This document shows, piece after piece, positions 50,036-62,205 of a stretch of DNA of 64,000 bases. The stretch comes from Camelus dromedarius (lineage: Eukaryota). Location: assembly GCF_036321535.1 (NCBI RefSeq), contig NC_087438.1, positions 186,001-250,000 on the forward strand, given 5' to 3'. The stretch's first letter is position 1, and each line of letters begins with the position of its first letter. The notes under the pieces were generated by a model, which worked only from the letters and a program-made list of their open reading frames with translations, was not told the DNA's origin and did not search any database. The position numbers and the translations under genes are program-made.

Positions 50036-51099
50036 GCCTGTGGTCACTGAGCTAGGCTCACTGGGTTCCCCTCAGTGGCTAGCGATCACTGTGGTCACTC
50101 TGGCCCTGGTTGGCCCCGGGCTCTCCGGGGCTCAGACGCATGTGTCCCAGGCCCTGCCTGTGCTAAACTCACAGTCACGGGGAGGGTCCCCGGCAGGTGA
50201 CTTCAGTACAAGGTGAGGGTCCCAGCTAGCCCCAAGGAGGAGGCGCTGTGGAAGGAGCAGGGTGGTGCTGGGCCATGCTTGGTATTCTGTGTGTTCTAAG
50301 TGTGAATCCTGTTCATTCAGCTGCAGCACACTGAGAACCAGCAGCCCTGGTCACCGTGCTGTGTTTTAGTTACTACGTTTGTGAGGAGCTTCAGGTTGGC
50401 TCTGGGTCATCCTGGGTTCATGGCAGAGCAGCTGAACCCGGGGGCCTGATGACCTGCCCGTTCCACTCCCTGGGGGATGCGGCCCTGGTGGGACCTCGCT
50501 TGGTCCATCCTGGAGCCTCCCGAGACTCCTCCTTCGGGGAGGGGCCAGCACCTGCGGCGCCGGCCAGGTGGCTGCCACTTCCCTGTGCGATGACAACTTT
50601 CTGTCAGGAGGGCTCTGCCCCAGCTCCCAGCACCATCCTTCCCTCCTGCAGGGCCTCCCTTGGGCTTTCTTGGGCACAGAGGGAAGGTCTGGAACTTGTC
50701 CAAGGGCAGATTCTGACCCAGAAGGTCTGGAGTGATCCAAGACTGTGAGGCCAAGGCTGGCGGTCCCAGACACACTCGGAGAGAGAGGTCAGAGATTTGG
50801 GGGATCAGGGGTGCAGCCCCCAAACACCAGCGCTCCGTCAGGGAGGGCCTGCTTCCTTCTCTGTCATAGTCTGCTTGTTGACTGTCCACAGCTGCTTCTC
50901 CTGAACGAAACTTCACACCAAGATGTTTGCAATCTGAAAGTCGGTCCCAGTGTTAAAAATAGGCTTTGTTCGCTCTAGAAAACAGTCAACACGCTCGGTG
51001 AATCAGAGCCCAGCACAAAACGCTGCGTTCTGATCAGCAGCAGCAATATTAATTCTGGGCTCACTCTGCGGGGCGTGCTTGTTTCACCTCAGAGGCAGT

Positions 51100-51185
51100 C
51101 ATTTCTGTCATTCCCGTTTCTCAATGAGGAATCCGAGGCCCAGGGAGGTTAATTAGCTTGTCCAAGGTCACACAGCTGAAACGGC
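51100..51185. mobile_element. MIR SINE core fragment
   Basis: cccgtttctcaatgaggaatccgaggcccagggaggttaattagcttgtccaaggtcacacagctg. Confidence 0.75.
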
Positions 51186-51549
51186 AGCCCTTGGTTGAGG
51201 TGGTTTTGAAATAGTCGCACTCCCCCAGGGAAGGAAGAGAGTTGTCTGCAGTGGCCATGTCTGTGCCCAGATCTGGGCTTCGCTCCCACCAGGATGTGGG
51301 GCCGCAGGCCCAACCTCACCATCCCGCACCTCTGCCGCCCAGGTGTCTGTGCCACAGCGAAGTCACTCACCTGAAAAAAAAGACCTAGAGGGCCCAGGGC
51401 GGTGGAAGAGCAGAGCGGGGACCGGGCTGGCTCCCAGGGCCTAGGGGTCCACACCTGCCTCCCCCCTTGTGGTCCTGCCCCCATCAGCCAGCTGCTTTCA
51501 AGTGCCATGGCTGCTTCGTGGCAGGAGCCCCAGGCCGAGTCTACTGTTT

Positions 51550-52030
51550 GTGGGATCTATAAACAGCCAGCGATCCGCTCCCCGAGCAGGAGCAGCTCGC
51601 ACGCACGCGGGCCCCACGGCGAGGCCCAGCGAGTGATCTGGCTCCAGCAGGGCCCCGCGGCTGCCTGACACGCCCGGTGCCCCTCGCTCGCTCGCGTGAC
51701 TGGCGGCCCTGGCCGTGTGTTGCTCTCGGTAACCGCAGCAACGGCTCTCGGGAGGCGCTGCTCCCAACTTCCTTTCATTCCAGGGAGGGGCGATGAGAGG
51801 GGCTGCTGGAATTGTTCCTTTTCCCTCTTCTCCTTCCTCCGCCGTGACCTTGACAAGCGATCTTTGAAGTACTTGCTGGCTCTTTTTTCTGCCACGGGCT
51901 GGAAGCGATCAGGATACTCAAGGGCTTCCCACACTTCGCCTCTATCCGGGCAGAGGGGCCGGGGGCGCCAGGGCCACTTCGCCTGCGTGGCCCCGCGTCC
52001 CCCCAGCGTGGCAGGTGCACGTGCCGTGAC
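51550..52030. promoter_or_regulatory. Intron-4 CpG-rich element with several XRE cores
   Basis: CACGCACGC 51600-51608, CACGC 51669-51673, TCGCGTGA 51692-51699, GCGTG at 51985 and 52006, CACGTG 52018-52023, TATAAA 51558-51563. Confidence 0.55.
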
Positions 52031-53319
52031 TTCTAGTAATTGAACCTACATGTGCTTGTCTCTCCCCTTAAGAAAGCGCGGCCTTCAGCTTGGGGCCAAA
52101 TTCTTTTTTCCACTTGGAAAAGTGATCTCATTTTCCATGTACCATGTTTAAAAAAACACAAAACTCTTGTAGGATTAAAAAGAGAGGGGGAGAGAAGACA
52201 AACAAACGTTTGCGATGCATGTTTGAAAGGCGGCCCCACATGTGTAAAAGTATTTGGCGTGATGGTTCTGGACCAGAGCGTCCATCTGATATTGAATCCA
52301 TATGACTCGGCAAACTTCATTTTATGGTCCTTTTTGCTTTTTAAAATTTTTGCCTTGTGAGTTAAAATTAAGGTTGCTTTTGGTTGTGACTAATCTCATA
52401 AAATCTTTTTTGAGACGGCATTTTATGTACTCAAAGCCTGAGCATTTCTTTGGTCCTTGGACTATGATTAGTGGGATGTCAGGAGTCTGCGCGGCCTCTG
52501 AGATGGGGACGCTGTGTGGATTCCCGGCGGCACAGCCGGGCGCCCACCTCACCCACTCTGGCTGCCCGGGGCCAGATGCTGAGCCTGCGGGAGGAACGAG
52601 GCCCTCGCAGTCATCACTGCCTGGCACCGTGGGGCGCCTGGGTTCAGTCACCTGGGCCACTGCCGCCATCAGCTCTCATGGTCAGGGGTGTGTCCGGACG
52701 ACCACCCTCGTCCTGAGTCTGTAAGGAGAATGGACGCCTTGTTTCCTGACCTCCCCATGGTGGACCCAGTGCTGTCCCAGACCTCGGGGGTGGGGCTATA
52801 GGGTCCTCCTCCTGGGATGCGGCCGCTGCCTCCGGATAAGGCATGAGGCCGAGGATTCAGGGCAGGCTTTCCTGGCCTGAGTGTCCGGTCACTGCGCACA
52901 GCGGGTGGCCTGGAAGCCCGCCACCCTCCGGGGGCGCCAGACCCCACTGGGCCCGGGGTGGGGAGGGAGGAGATGGAATCCAGGCAGCTTCCCAGGTGAG
53001 GCACTTGAGGCCCCCCCGGGACTGCCAATGAGCTGCAGGCTGAGAGCCTGGGCTGAGCCTCCTCCTTAGAGACTCCGGGCTCTGAGGGCAGTGGGTTTGA
53101 CTTCATCACACGCCTCCTTTCTCGCAGGAAGGCTGAAGGGACGCCTCCTTCCTCGCAGGAAGGCTGCAGGGAGAGGAGGCTGTGGAGGTGAGTGCCCATC
53201 CTCTCCTTGGGCACCTCCCTTCCTGAGGGTGCTCACTGGTGCCCCAGTGGCTGGGAGCTGGGAGCAGCCCAGACGCCCTGGGGGATGTGGGCCGGCAGTG
53301 CGGGCAGCTCATCAGAGGA

Positions 53320-53645
53320 GTGTTAGTCAGCCTTAAAGAAGAAGGGCTTCTGGCACAGTCTGCAAGGGGGTGACCCTGGGGGTGTTATTCTAGTGAAAAA
53401 GCCTGCCACAAAAAGACAGATCCCTGTGAGTCCACTTGTACGTGGCCCTGGGGGGGGGCAGACTCAGAGACAGAAGTAGGACGGGGGGCCGGGGCTGGGG
53501 GTCAGCACTCGATGGGGACAGCGCGTCACTTGGGGACGATGAGGAAGTTCTGGCAGTGGTGGGGCCGCACAGCGGTGTGGACGTGTTAATGCCACTGAAC
53601 CATGTGCTACAGATGGTTAGAAGGTTACCCAGATTCTACCACAAT
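53320..53645 (+). mobile_element. L1MB-like 3' end remnant
   Basis: cagccttaaagaagaagg, gactcagagacagaagtag, gatgaggaagttctgg, gttaatgccactgaac. Confidence 0.7.
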
Positions 53646-54889
53646 GTGAGGAAACCTGGCACTGCCAAATGCACTGTCTCGGCTGGGTCAGCATCTGAGG
53701 GGCACAGCTACAGGGGCCAGCCTCGCCACAGGTCTGGGGACCCAAGTGCTTTAGGAAAACCTCCAGGCCAGTGGAGGTGGGGGGAAGGCTTCACAGCTTT
53801 GGGTAAAGTGCCTCTGAAGGACACAGAGACAGTGAGAGGTTTTCCACTACCCCATCCCCAGGCCAACGCACGACTCAGTCCGTGCAGGACGGACTCGCAG
53901 GACAAGGCTGTTCACACCGGTCCTCCGGGGTCAGCTCCACGTCCTGGTGAGGGATCCCCTACTGGGAGGAAAGGTGCCTCTTCCTTTCTGCCGGTCACCA
54001 TACAGGAGAATTTGGTCTTTTGTTAAACAATACAGCAAGCAAATCCCAAAGGACTGTTTCGTAGATCCACCCCCCAACCCAGGGAACACTAGGTGCCCAA
54101 CAGCAGAGGCATTTGGGGGTGGGGGTTGGGCGCATTCACAAACTCCTGACCAGCCCACTGGGACGAGGTCCAGGCAAACACTGGACTTTGCATCCGGTAC
54201 TCAAAGATGTGAGGGCAGTGAGTCCAGACACTCCTCCCTGGAGCTGCACAGGAATTATGGACGAATGACAGCCTGTCTGGTTCCTGGAGACGTTCCAGGG
54301 GACAGGGGTGTCACACGGGGTCAATTTTCAGTTCACTGGGGCTCAGGGGCAGGTGGCCAGTGACGGGCCTTGTGATGCAATGGTCACTCTGGTGCTAGAC
54401 CGTCTGAAGCAGAGGTGCAGCGGGGTGCTGTGTGAGGCCTGGGTTTCTTGCTCAGAAAAGTCAGCACAAAGTCTAAATCCTCTTGCAAAGCCACTGCCCT
54501 GGCGTTTGCACCTCTGTGTCAGAAAGTCACCCCGAACTTTGAAACAAGGCAGACAGTGGGGCGACACGCCCTTCCAGACCCTGCTCGTGTTACCCAGGGG
54601 GCTGCGGCTCCACTCCAAGCGGCAGCCTCATCCTAGCCGCCTGTGAGCGCCCAGCATCTCGGGTTCTCTGCAGACTGTTTACCTCCGGGTGCTTCCTCTT
54701 GAGTAAGAGCTCCGTCGAGTGTTGTACACTTTGTGAGTGCTGCGATCTTCTTCTCCAAACTGTGCTTTCGTGGCTGAAGCGTGGCTTTGCAGCAGAACAA
54801 GGTTCTGTCTGACAGTCTTACCAGCTTGCTTCTCATTCCCAGGAATATTTAGTGTCGTCGAGTCCTCCTGCCCATCGCCACCCTACTCC

Positions 54890-56270
54890 GTGTGAGACGG
54901 AGTCTCACAGTGGTTGTAGGCTGCGGGCTCCTGATGACTGATGACGCTGGGTGTGTTTCCATGTGCATTGTGGGTGTTCTTCTGTCTCCTTCTGTAAAGT
55001 GTCTCTTTGAGTTTTTTGCCCAGTTTTAAAGATTGAGTTGTTCTTCTTTTAATTGTTTTTGTAGAAGTTCTTTATGTATCCGGATAAAGTCCTTTGCCGG
55101 TGTACTGTATTTTTTCTCAGTCTGTGGCTTGTCTCGTCATTTATTAAAGTCCAGGTCATCACCTGTTCCCCTTAAGTGTTAGTGTTTTGTATCCTGTCCA
55201 GATCTGCCTGCCCCAGACTCACGAAGGTGTCTTCCTATACTTTCTTCTACAAGCTCTATGATTCTCAAAGTGTTTTATGTTTGGGTCTAAGGTATCTCTT
55301 GAATTAATTTTTGTGTGTGGAATGAGATAAGAGTCAGGGGTGCTTTTGCTTTGCTTTTTTTTTCCTACACAGATAACCAGCTGCCCCAGACACATTTCTT
55401 TAGAAGACTCTCCTCCCCCCATTGGCTCGGCCTAGCGCTCGCCTGTCCTCACGCCAACACCCACTGTCGTGATTGGCACAGCTCTGCAATGAGTCGTGAA
55501 GTCAGTCAGCATCCGTCCCACAGTTCTGCTCTTCTTTAACAACATTGCTTTGGCAATTCTGGGCCCTTTATTTCCACATAAATATTAGAATTACCTCATC
55601 AGTTTCTACAAGAAGAAAACACCCTGCTGTCCCTGTGACTGAGATGACTTTATAGATCGGTTCAAGGAGGCGGGACATCCTGACTCTGCCAAGGTTTTGA
55701 CCCGGGAGCTTCGACACCTCCTGTTTGTCTGGGTCTTCTCTCTGCACTGCTTCAAGGCTTTCAGTACATAGGCCTTGCTTTTCTTTTCAGATTCAGTCCT
55801 GGGCATTGTATGTGTCTTTGATCTGGGCCAGGAGTTTTCTTAGTGGGAAGGCTCTGGCCACAGACTCAGTGTGTTTAATAGCTACTGGGCCACTTAGATT
55901 TTCTAGCTTTTCTTGTAACACTTCCGTTAATCTTTTTCAAAGCGTTTGTCCCTTTCATCTAAGGCACTTAATTTCCTCAGCAGCATTCTTAGTGTCTCCT
56001 CGCTGTGTTTAGTGCCTGCAGGGTCTGTCCTGGCGTCTTCTTCAGAGTTCCTGCTGTCGGTAATTTACACTTTTCTTGTTCAGTATTTCTAGGGGTTTAT
56101 CAATTTTATTAATCTTTTTAAAAAGCCATTTTTTTCACCTTGTTGACAATCTTTATTATTTGACTAAACACTTTTCACTGATTTTTTTCTCTCATTTAAA
56201 TTTTCCTTCTCCTGATGTTGTATGTGACTGTCTCTGCCGTCTCTAGTTTCTTGAGGAGGGTTATACACCA
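54890..56270 (-). mobile_element. Old antisense L1 fragments
   Basis: ttctgtaaagtgtctc, aagttctttatgtatccggata, ggcaattctgggccctttatttcc, ctaggggtttatcaattttattaatc. Confidence 0.7.
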
Positions 56271-56399
56271 AATGCACCCAAACTGGAGGGTCTTAGGGGT
56301 GAGGCGAACCGAACTGCCAAGGAATACACATCCTCACTGTAAACAAGTGGGTCCAGAAGATGGAAGGAGAGGGCGGGGCTTGACACCGAAATGAGAAGA

Positions 56400-56650
56400 G
56401 TCTATGGGCTGGGCTTCATCAGCTGTGGATGGAGCTTCCTAGGTGAGATGAACCGATTTCAAGAGTGTTAAAAATTACGATCAGATGAGGTCTACCCCAT
56501 ACAGGCAAGAATGCTTCACCATCAAAACGTCTGTCAGTGTAACTCCCCACGTTAACAGACTGAAGAACATCCATGTGATGGTCTCAGTGGATGTGGAAAC
56601 TCTGTGGAACTCATTTTTTCACGATAAAAATTCTTAGAAAAATCAGAACA
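56400..56650 (+). mobile_element. L1 ORF2 reverse-transcriptase-region fragment
   Basis: caggcaagaatgcttcaccatcaaaacgtctgtcagtgtaactccccacgttaacagactg...gatggtctcagtggatg. Confidence 0.55.
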
Positions 56651-57019
56651 CAGAAGAGGGTGCACGAATGGGGAAGTCCACACGGGTGACACAAAGGTTC
56701 CTGTTTTGGTTTCTCATCTCATCATGATGCTGTTTACATTTTATAAAACACAAATTTGCTCATCACTAGAAAAAGGAGAACCCAAGTCCTGAGCCTTACA
56801 AACCGTGACCGAATCCCTATGTCTCCTGCTAGCCTGGGACCGTCTGCAGAACGGCCATAAATGAACGGAAAGCAGGCCTTCCTGGAGGCTACGAACGAGG
56901 ACCACACAACTAGGGAGCAGTGGCTGGAAACGCAGGCGGAGTTAACACGTGACTTTTCCGGCTTCGGTGACTCCGCAGACGCTCCTAGGAGCCGACTCAG
57001 TTTCTGCTTTTCCTTCCAG

Positions 57020-57109
57020 TCCCTCCGCGGCTTCGCTCTGGTCGTGAGCGCCGAAGGCGTGATATTCTACGCGTCAGCGACGATCGCGGACTACCTGGGC
57101 TTCCACCAG
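57020..57109 (+). CDS. AHRR: AHRR exon 5, [34 protein letters not shown]
   Basis: Acceptor tttctgcttttccttccag|TC and donor CAG|GTAAGC; 90 nt. PAS signature IFYAS.TI.DYLGF.Q. Confidence 0.97.
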
Positions 57110-58074
57110 GTAAGCACAGCCGTTCCGTCCGCTGCATGTTCTTTTCTGCTACCTCATAGGCGCCTGTTGTCCTCCAGGTTTGAATCATCTCCAAGATCAA
57201 GCTTTTTAAATCACAGAACTTTTGTCAGATGAGGATTTGCACACCCCAGCCTTGTGACGGCGAGAGGCCTGGCGGGTCCTGGGCGTCCCCGGCCTAAAGG
57301 GCAGGGACTTGTGCCAGCTGTGGCCCAGCATCCCGTGCTCCTCACTGGTGAGAGGCCGGTCAGGGCCGGCTGTGGACCCGTCCTTGCCAGCACGGCGGCT
57401 TTCCAGGCCCCAGATACAGGGTGGGCTCTGGAAAGCCGGCGTTGATGTGCAGATAGTTTGCTGGGAACGTTGCTTCAGGCCATCCCAGCTTGTGTGGTTC
57501 CAGACCTTGGGGCAGAGAGCCGGGTCAGTCCCACCAAACACTGGGGTCCTGGGAGGGCGGCTCGAAGAAAAGTCCCACCTCCGGCCCAGGAGAGGAGGAG
57601 GGGCCTGGTCTGGCCTCTGGGAAGGCAGAGAAGTCTCTCATGGGAAATCCAAGCTGTAGCTGGAAACCCGAACTCGCACCCAGTGAGGCGGTTGTTGAGG
57701 ACTGAGGAGGAGCCGGCTAGGCTCAGGCACGGCCGCAGCCTGCGCCGCAGACACACCCCCAGAGGGAGTGGACCACACAGTGAATAGCACAGGGCCCTGG
57801 CGCTCGCTGAGGAATTCAAGATACAAACAGGCGGACGTAAGAGAGCAGAACAGAACCCGGGAAAAGGAAGAACACAGTGTCTGTCAGGGCCCCATTTGGA
57901 GTCAGAAACTGCAGTGCTTCGAGCAGTTTCATACAGAGTTACTGTGAGTTTACTGTAAAGGACTACTATCCAGTGACACAGGACTAGCGGGAAAGGGGCA
58001 CAGAGAGGGTGGAGGGCAGCCGTGCCCGGGCTGGGGCTGGGCGCCCAGAGGAGCGGTTTGGAGACCCCTTCATC

Positions 58075-58110
58075 GGCGAGGGCGAGGGCGAGGGCGAGGG
58101 CGAGGGCGAG
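58075..58110 (+). repeat. (GGCGAG)6 perfect hexanucleotide repeat
   Basis: Seen directly. Confidence 0.97.
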
Positions 58111-60589
58111 GTGGCGGCCTGGGCGACGGTGAGTCCACTGCGGGCCCCAGGCCAGCTGGCTGGCAGAAGCCCGCCTGCTGCGACATTGGCCTGACCCAGG
58201 GAGGGTGCTGGCCTGGAGGCTGCCAGGAGCTGCCCGCTGGGGGCCCCGACGGGCCCGCAGAGCCCAAGTACCTCTGCAGGCGAGGGGAGGTGTCTGCAGC
58301 ATCTGGGATCAGAGCCAAGTGATGAGACGGGGGTTTGGAGCTGGGAGTTGGGACGTGGAGTTGATAACGAAAATCTCACTGGACGAGCAGAAAGCCAGGT
58401 GGTAGGCAGACGCCGAGGGCAGAGGAAGCATGGGGCCCTGACACGCTGAGAATTCTGCTTGGCCTAAGCCCTGGAGGCCACTGGAGCGTTTGATCTAGTT
58501 TCCATGACAACCATCATTTTGTGTCACTTCCAAAACCGAAGTGACTGTCGCTCTGCTGGTGATTCTGAGAAGTGATTCCTCAATCATTCGGTTGGCTCTC
58601 CTGCCACCTGAACCCACACAGAGCAACTGCCACACCCTGTCCTGTCCTGGCCCCGGGACAGTCCCTGTGGCAGGTGGAGGTGTGTCCCTCGTGGAGGACC
58701 TGGCTGGTGAGGTGTGGGGGCGGGACCTCCAAGGGCCTCCGGGTCAGACCACGGGGGTCAAGCCGGCTCTGCCCCCCTAGGGTTGGGTGACGACTTCCTG
58801 CTCCATCCAAGGAGCCACAGCGTGTCCACCCGCGGGGCTGCGGCTGAGCCCCTGGGGGCGCTGGGGGCAAGGGGGCCACTGCGGGAGGCGTCCCCATCAC
58901 CAGCCCCGCCCCGGGGGGGCACCTGAGGCCTCTCCCTCCTTGGCTGCTCCTGACCTGTGAACTATGCCACCTGATCTGTCTCCCATGACGGTTCAGCACC
59001 CAGTTAGCCCTGCCGCCTCCCCCCAAGTCTGCCTCCCGCAAGTGCTTCGTCCATCACTCTAGGGAGGCTGTGTGTAGGAGGCGGTGAAGACGAGCCTGGT
59101 GGCATGCTGGGTGGCTGGCTCCCTGGCTCTGGGGTCCCCTCAAGCAGCTCCCACTCACAGTACCGCTGGCTGTGGGCATGGCAGATTCCAACCCCAAATA
59201 ACGAAGGCTTCCACGTCCTACTGCTGATGTGTGCAGGACGGGGCTCTGCGAAATATGGTTTGGCCTGCCTTCTGCAGGCTCAGAATTTCTTTTAGTTCCA
59301 ATCACTGTCTCCTGTGTTGCTCTGTGAATTCTCCAGATGCCCAGAGCCATCTGCCTTTGGACAAAATTCGGCCTTATCACTGGGTTTGGCTTCCTGAGAA
59401 AGGCAGGTGCCCTGCAGAGGAGACCTGATTCCAGGTCTGAACTTGCTAACTGGATCTTTTGTTTTCTTGGAGCTTGGTTATTTCCTCTAAAGCGTTAGAA
59501 GTTAAAAAAAAAAAAAAAAAGTTCTGCCTTATTCTAAAGAAATTGTTTCCAAATGTCATTAAATCATTAGCAGTGCCTCTAGTTTACGCAAAATATTTCA
59601 TGAACATCTTAGAACAGCTTTGTACTATTGTGAGCTTCTTGGGCAAAATGCTTTACAGAAAGTCAGGAACCAGGTATTTCCTATCACAGCCTGAGTGGTT
59701 TCGGTGTCTTCCACTTCAGCACCCCTGAGATGAATAAATAGACTTAGGTGTATATTTTAGTTGCTGTTGACATTTGCTGCCTCAAGAAGCTGTCGGTCCT
59801 CTGGGAGGTCAGCAGGCGGGGGACCAGGTCCCGTGTGAACCGTGCGGATGTCAGGGGCTGCGGGAGGAAGCAGTTAAGCGTCCACAAGCACGGATAACGG
59901 ATATACGCACTCTCTGCACAGAAGATGGTCACTGCTGGAACGAGCCGCATGTGGAAACGGTTGCACTTTTGTGCTCAGCTCCACAGAAAGGCCAAGATGA
60001 GGACACACTGATGGGACCAGAGTCGGGCTGGCTTTTAGCCATCTGAATAATCGTCATGTTCTCTTCCCTCCTTCCTTCGCACGTTCCCCACCATGTATTT
60101 TCCCTGACCTTGTTTGTAGGAATCAGACCCTAGGAGATGAGGAAAGACAGAAGGCGGCCACACTAATTAGCACCGAACTTGGTTTCTCACCCCAGAAGAA
60201 TGTTCGCATTTAACATGTCTTCGAATTTGCCTCTGTCAGTAACACCCCTTCCAGCTCTGTTCGCCCTCCCTCAAGTTAACCTGCCTCCTGTGCTGGTTAA
60301 GCCGCAGGCTCACACTGTGTGTCCCTTTTGTTAATTGTCTGAGGGATGTGGAGGCGGTGACTGGGGCAGTGGGGAGCCCCTGGGGTTCTGCGAAGCTTGA
60401 GGTCACCCGCTAAAACCCATGAGAGTAACGTGGACAACAGTGCCCGCTCATTAGTTTACTGTGAGGCCCTTGGTGCCCAGAGCTCAGCGGTCAGCACAGC
60501 CTTCTCCTTTGTCAAAATCACGGGGGAAATGCTGTCCTTCAACAGCAGGTGGAAAACACTGAACTCCTAGTAACGGGTTAACCAGATGA

Positions 60590-61995
60590 GACGCAAGACC
60601 TCCACACGAAAAACAGAAACCGCCATTCAGAGAAATTAAAGAAGACCCAGGTAAACGGAGGGTGTGTCATATTCACGAATGGGAGGACTCAGCAACGTTC
60701 CAAGGATGTCAGAACAAATTGTAGGACTACTGACATCGCCACAAAACTGAGCAGGAAGTCTGGAGGGACATCGACAAGCCAACTGGAAGTGCAGAGGGCG
60801 GCGCACATCTAAGGCCACCTGGGGGTGGGGCGGGAGTGCTGATCACTGGTGACGGGCAGTCCGGAGACAAGACCCCGTAGGCTCAGGGGCTGGGATGGGT
60901 GGGATCAGTGCAGCCGTGGACAGACAGACCCGGGAGGTGGAACTGGAGGTTCAGAGCAGGTGTGGGCTTCCAACGGAGGTGGCACTGCCCGGAGGTGGGG
61001 AGGTGCTGCTCTTGTCAGCAAACGGGGCTGCGTGAGCTGGATCCAAACAGAAGATGACTACTACTCACACCATGCACAGTGGACGGTGGAAGTTTCTAGA
61101 CGATAACAGGGCAGAGTGAGGTGGAAAGACTTCTTGGGACAAAACCCTGTCCATGAGGAGAGCCTGATGGATCGGCCGAGTCAGATCCATCCAGAGAGCA
61201 GAAGGGCAGGCCAGGGAGTGGAGGAGATCTTGCGAAGAAGATACCCTAAAAGGACGTGTGTTCACAGAGGTGAGGAACACTGACAGGTCCGCAGGCACTC
61301 AGTGGAAACTCATGAAAAAGACAGAAACAGGCAACACGCTCACCTGCATTTAAGTGAGAAGACGCTCAGTGTCATTAGCCTTGGCGATGTGCTAATTAAA
61401 GCCACAGAAAGAAACCATGACACATCCACCACCGAGCCCAAATGAAGAAGGCTGCAGATACCAAACACTGGCCAAAACGTCCAGCAACCGGACGTTCACG
61501 CTGCCTCAGCGGAGCCTGGATTCGCGTGTTCGCTTTGCACTACTGGGCATTTTCTACTACAGCTGGGCCCTGCCCACCCCGTGGCCCAGTAACTCCACTC
61601 CTGGGTGTGCACCCAACAGCAACGCCCTCAAAACACAGCAGCAGCCCCTGTGTTGGCTCAGATGGGAAACCACGCAGATGTCCCAGCAGTGAGTGGATGC
61701 ATCAGCTGTGGCTCATCCACGCAGCGAAGGACCGGTCAATGATGAGGGTGAAACATGCCGCCACACACCACGTGGATGAGTCACGGCTGTGACGTGACGC
61801 AGAGGACACAGCGCTCCATTTACCCCCAGAAGCGGCCCGGGTGTGGCCGGCACCTTGACTGTCTCTGGGGAGGGTGGATGGAAGGGTTCAGAGCTGCTGT
61901 TGGGTCCCACTTCCTTACTGGGTGGTGGAGCTGCATATTTATGGTGTGGGCACTTTGCAGCCTATGTGTTATGCCTGAATCTCTGAAGTTCATTA
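60590..61995 (+). mobile_element. Strongly diverged, GC-shifted L1 ORF2-to-3' remnant
   Basis: gagaaattaaagaagacc, gtcatattcacgaatgggaggactcagc, gaagacgctcagtgtcattagcc, cagtaactccactcctgggtgt. Confidence 0.65.
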
Positions 61996-62036
61996 AGAAA
62001 GCATCCTTACGGGAAGTGCACCTGTGACCATAGAGC

Positions 62037-62205
62037 CCAGGTGAGGGGAGACTCCAGGTAAGAGTAGGGGACTCGGGTGAGTGGGGAGACTCCAGGTGAG
62101 GGGGGGACTCCAGGTGGGGAGGGACTCCAGGTGAGAGGGAGACTCCAGGTGAGGGGGAGGGACTGGGTGAGAGGGAGACTCTGGGTGATGGGGAGACTCC
62201 AGGTG
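62037..62205 (+). repeat. G-rich minisatellite of about 18 bp, consensus CCAGGTGAGGGGGAGACT, about 9.4 copies
   Basis: Units start at 62037, 62054, 62074, 62092, 62110, 62127, 62145, 62165, 62181 and 62199. Confidence 0.95.

Noticed and set aside
54890..56650. Adjacent opposite-orientation L1 pieces as a twin-priming inversion
   Set aside because: Too diverged to find shared TSDs or a clean junction; independent insertions are equally likely.
56861..57232. In-frame upstream ATG extending exon 5 as an alternative N-terminus
   Set aside because: Poor Kozak context (TAAATGA), the extension reads through the polypyrimidine tract, and there is no promoter evidence right there.
57475..58379. Long ORFs with LALALA / SPSPSP / GEGEGE runs
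   Set aside because: They are translations of the (GGCGAG)6 repeat in GC-rich intron.
62037..62205. CRISPR-like array
   Set aside because: Head-to-tail tandem units without unique spacers, in a mammalian intron.
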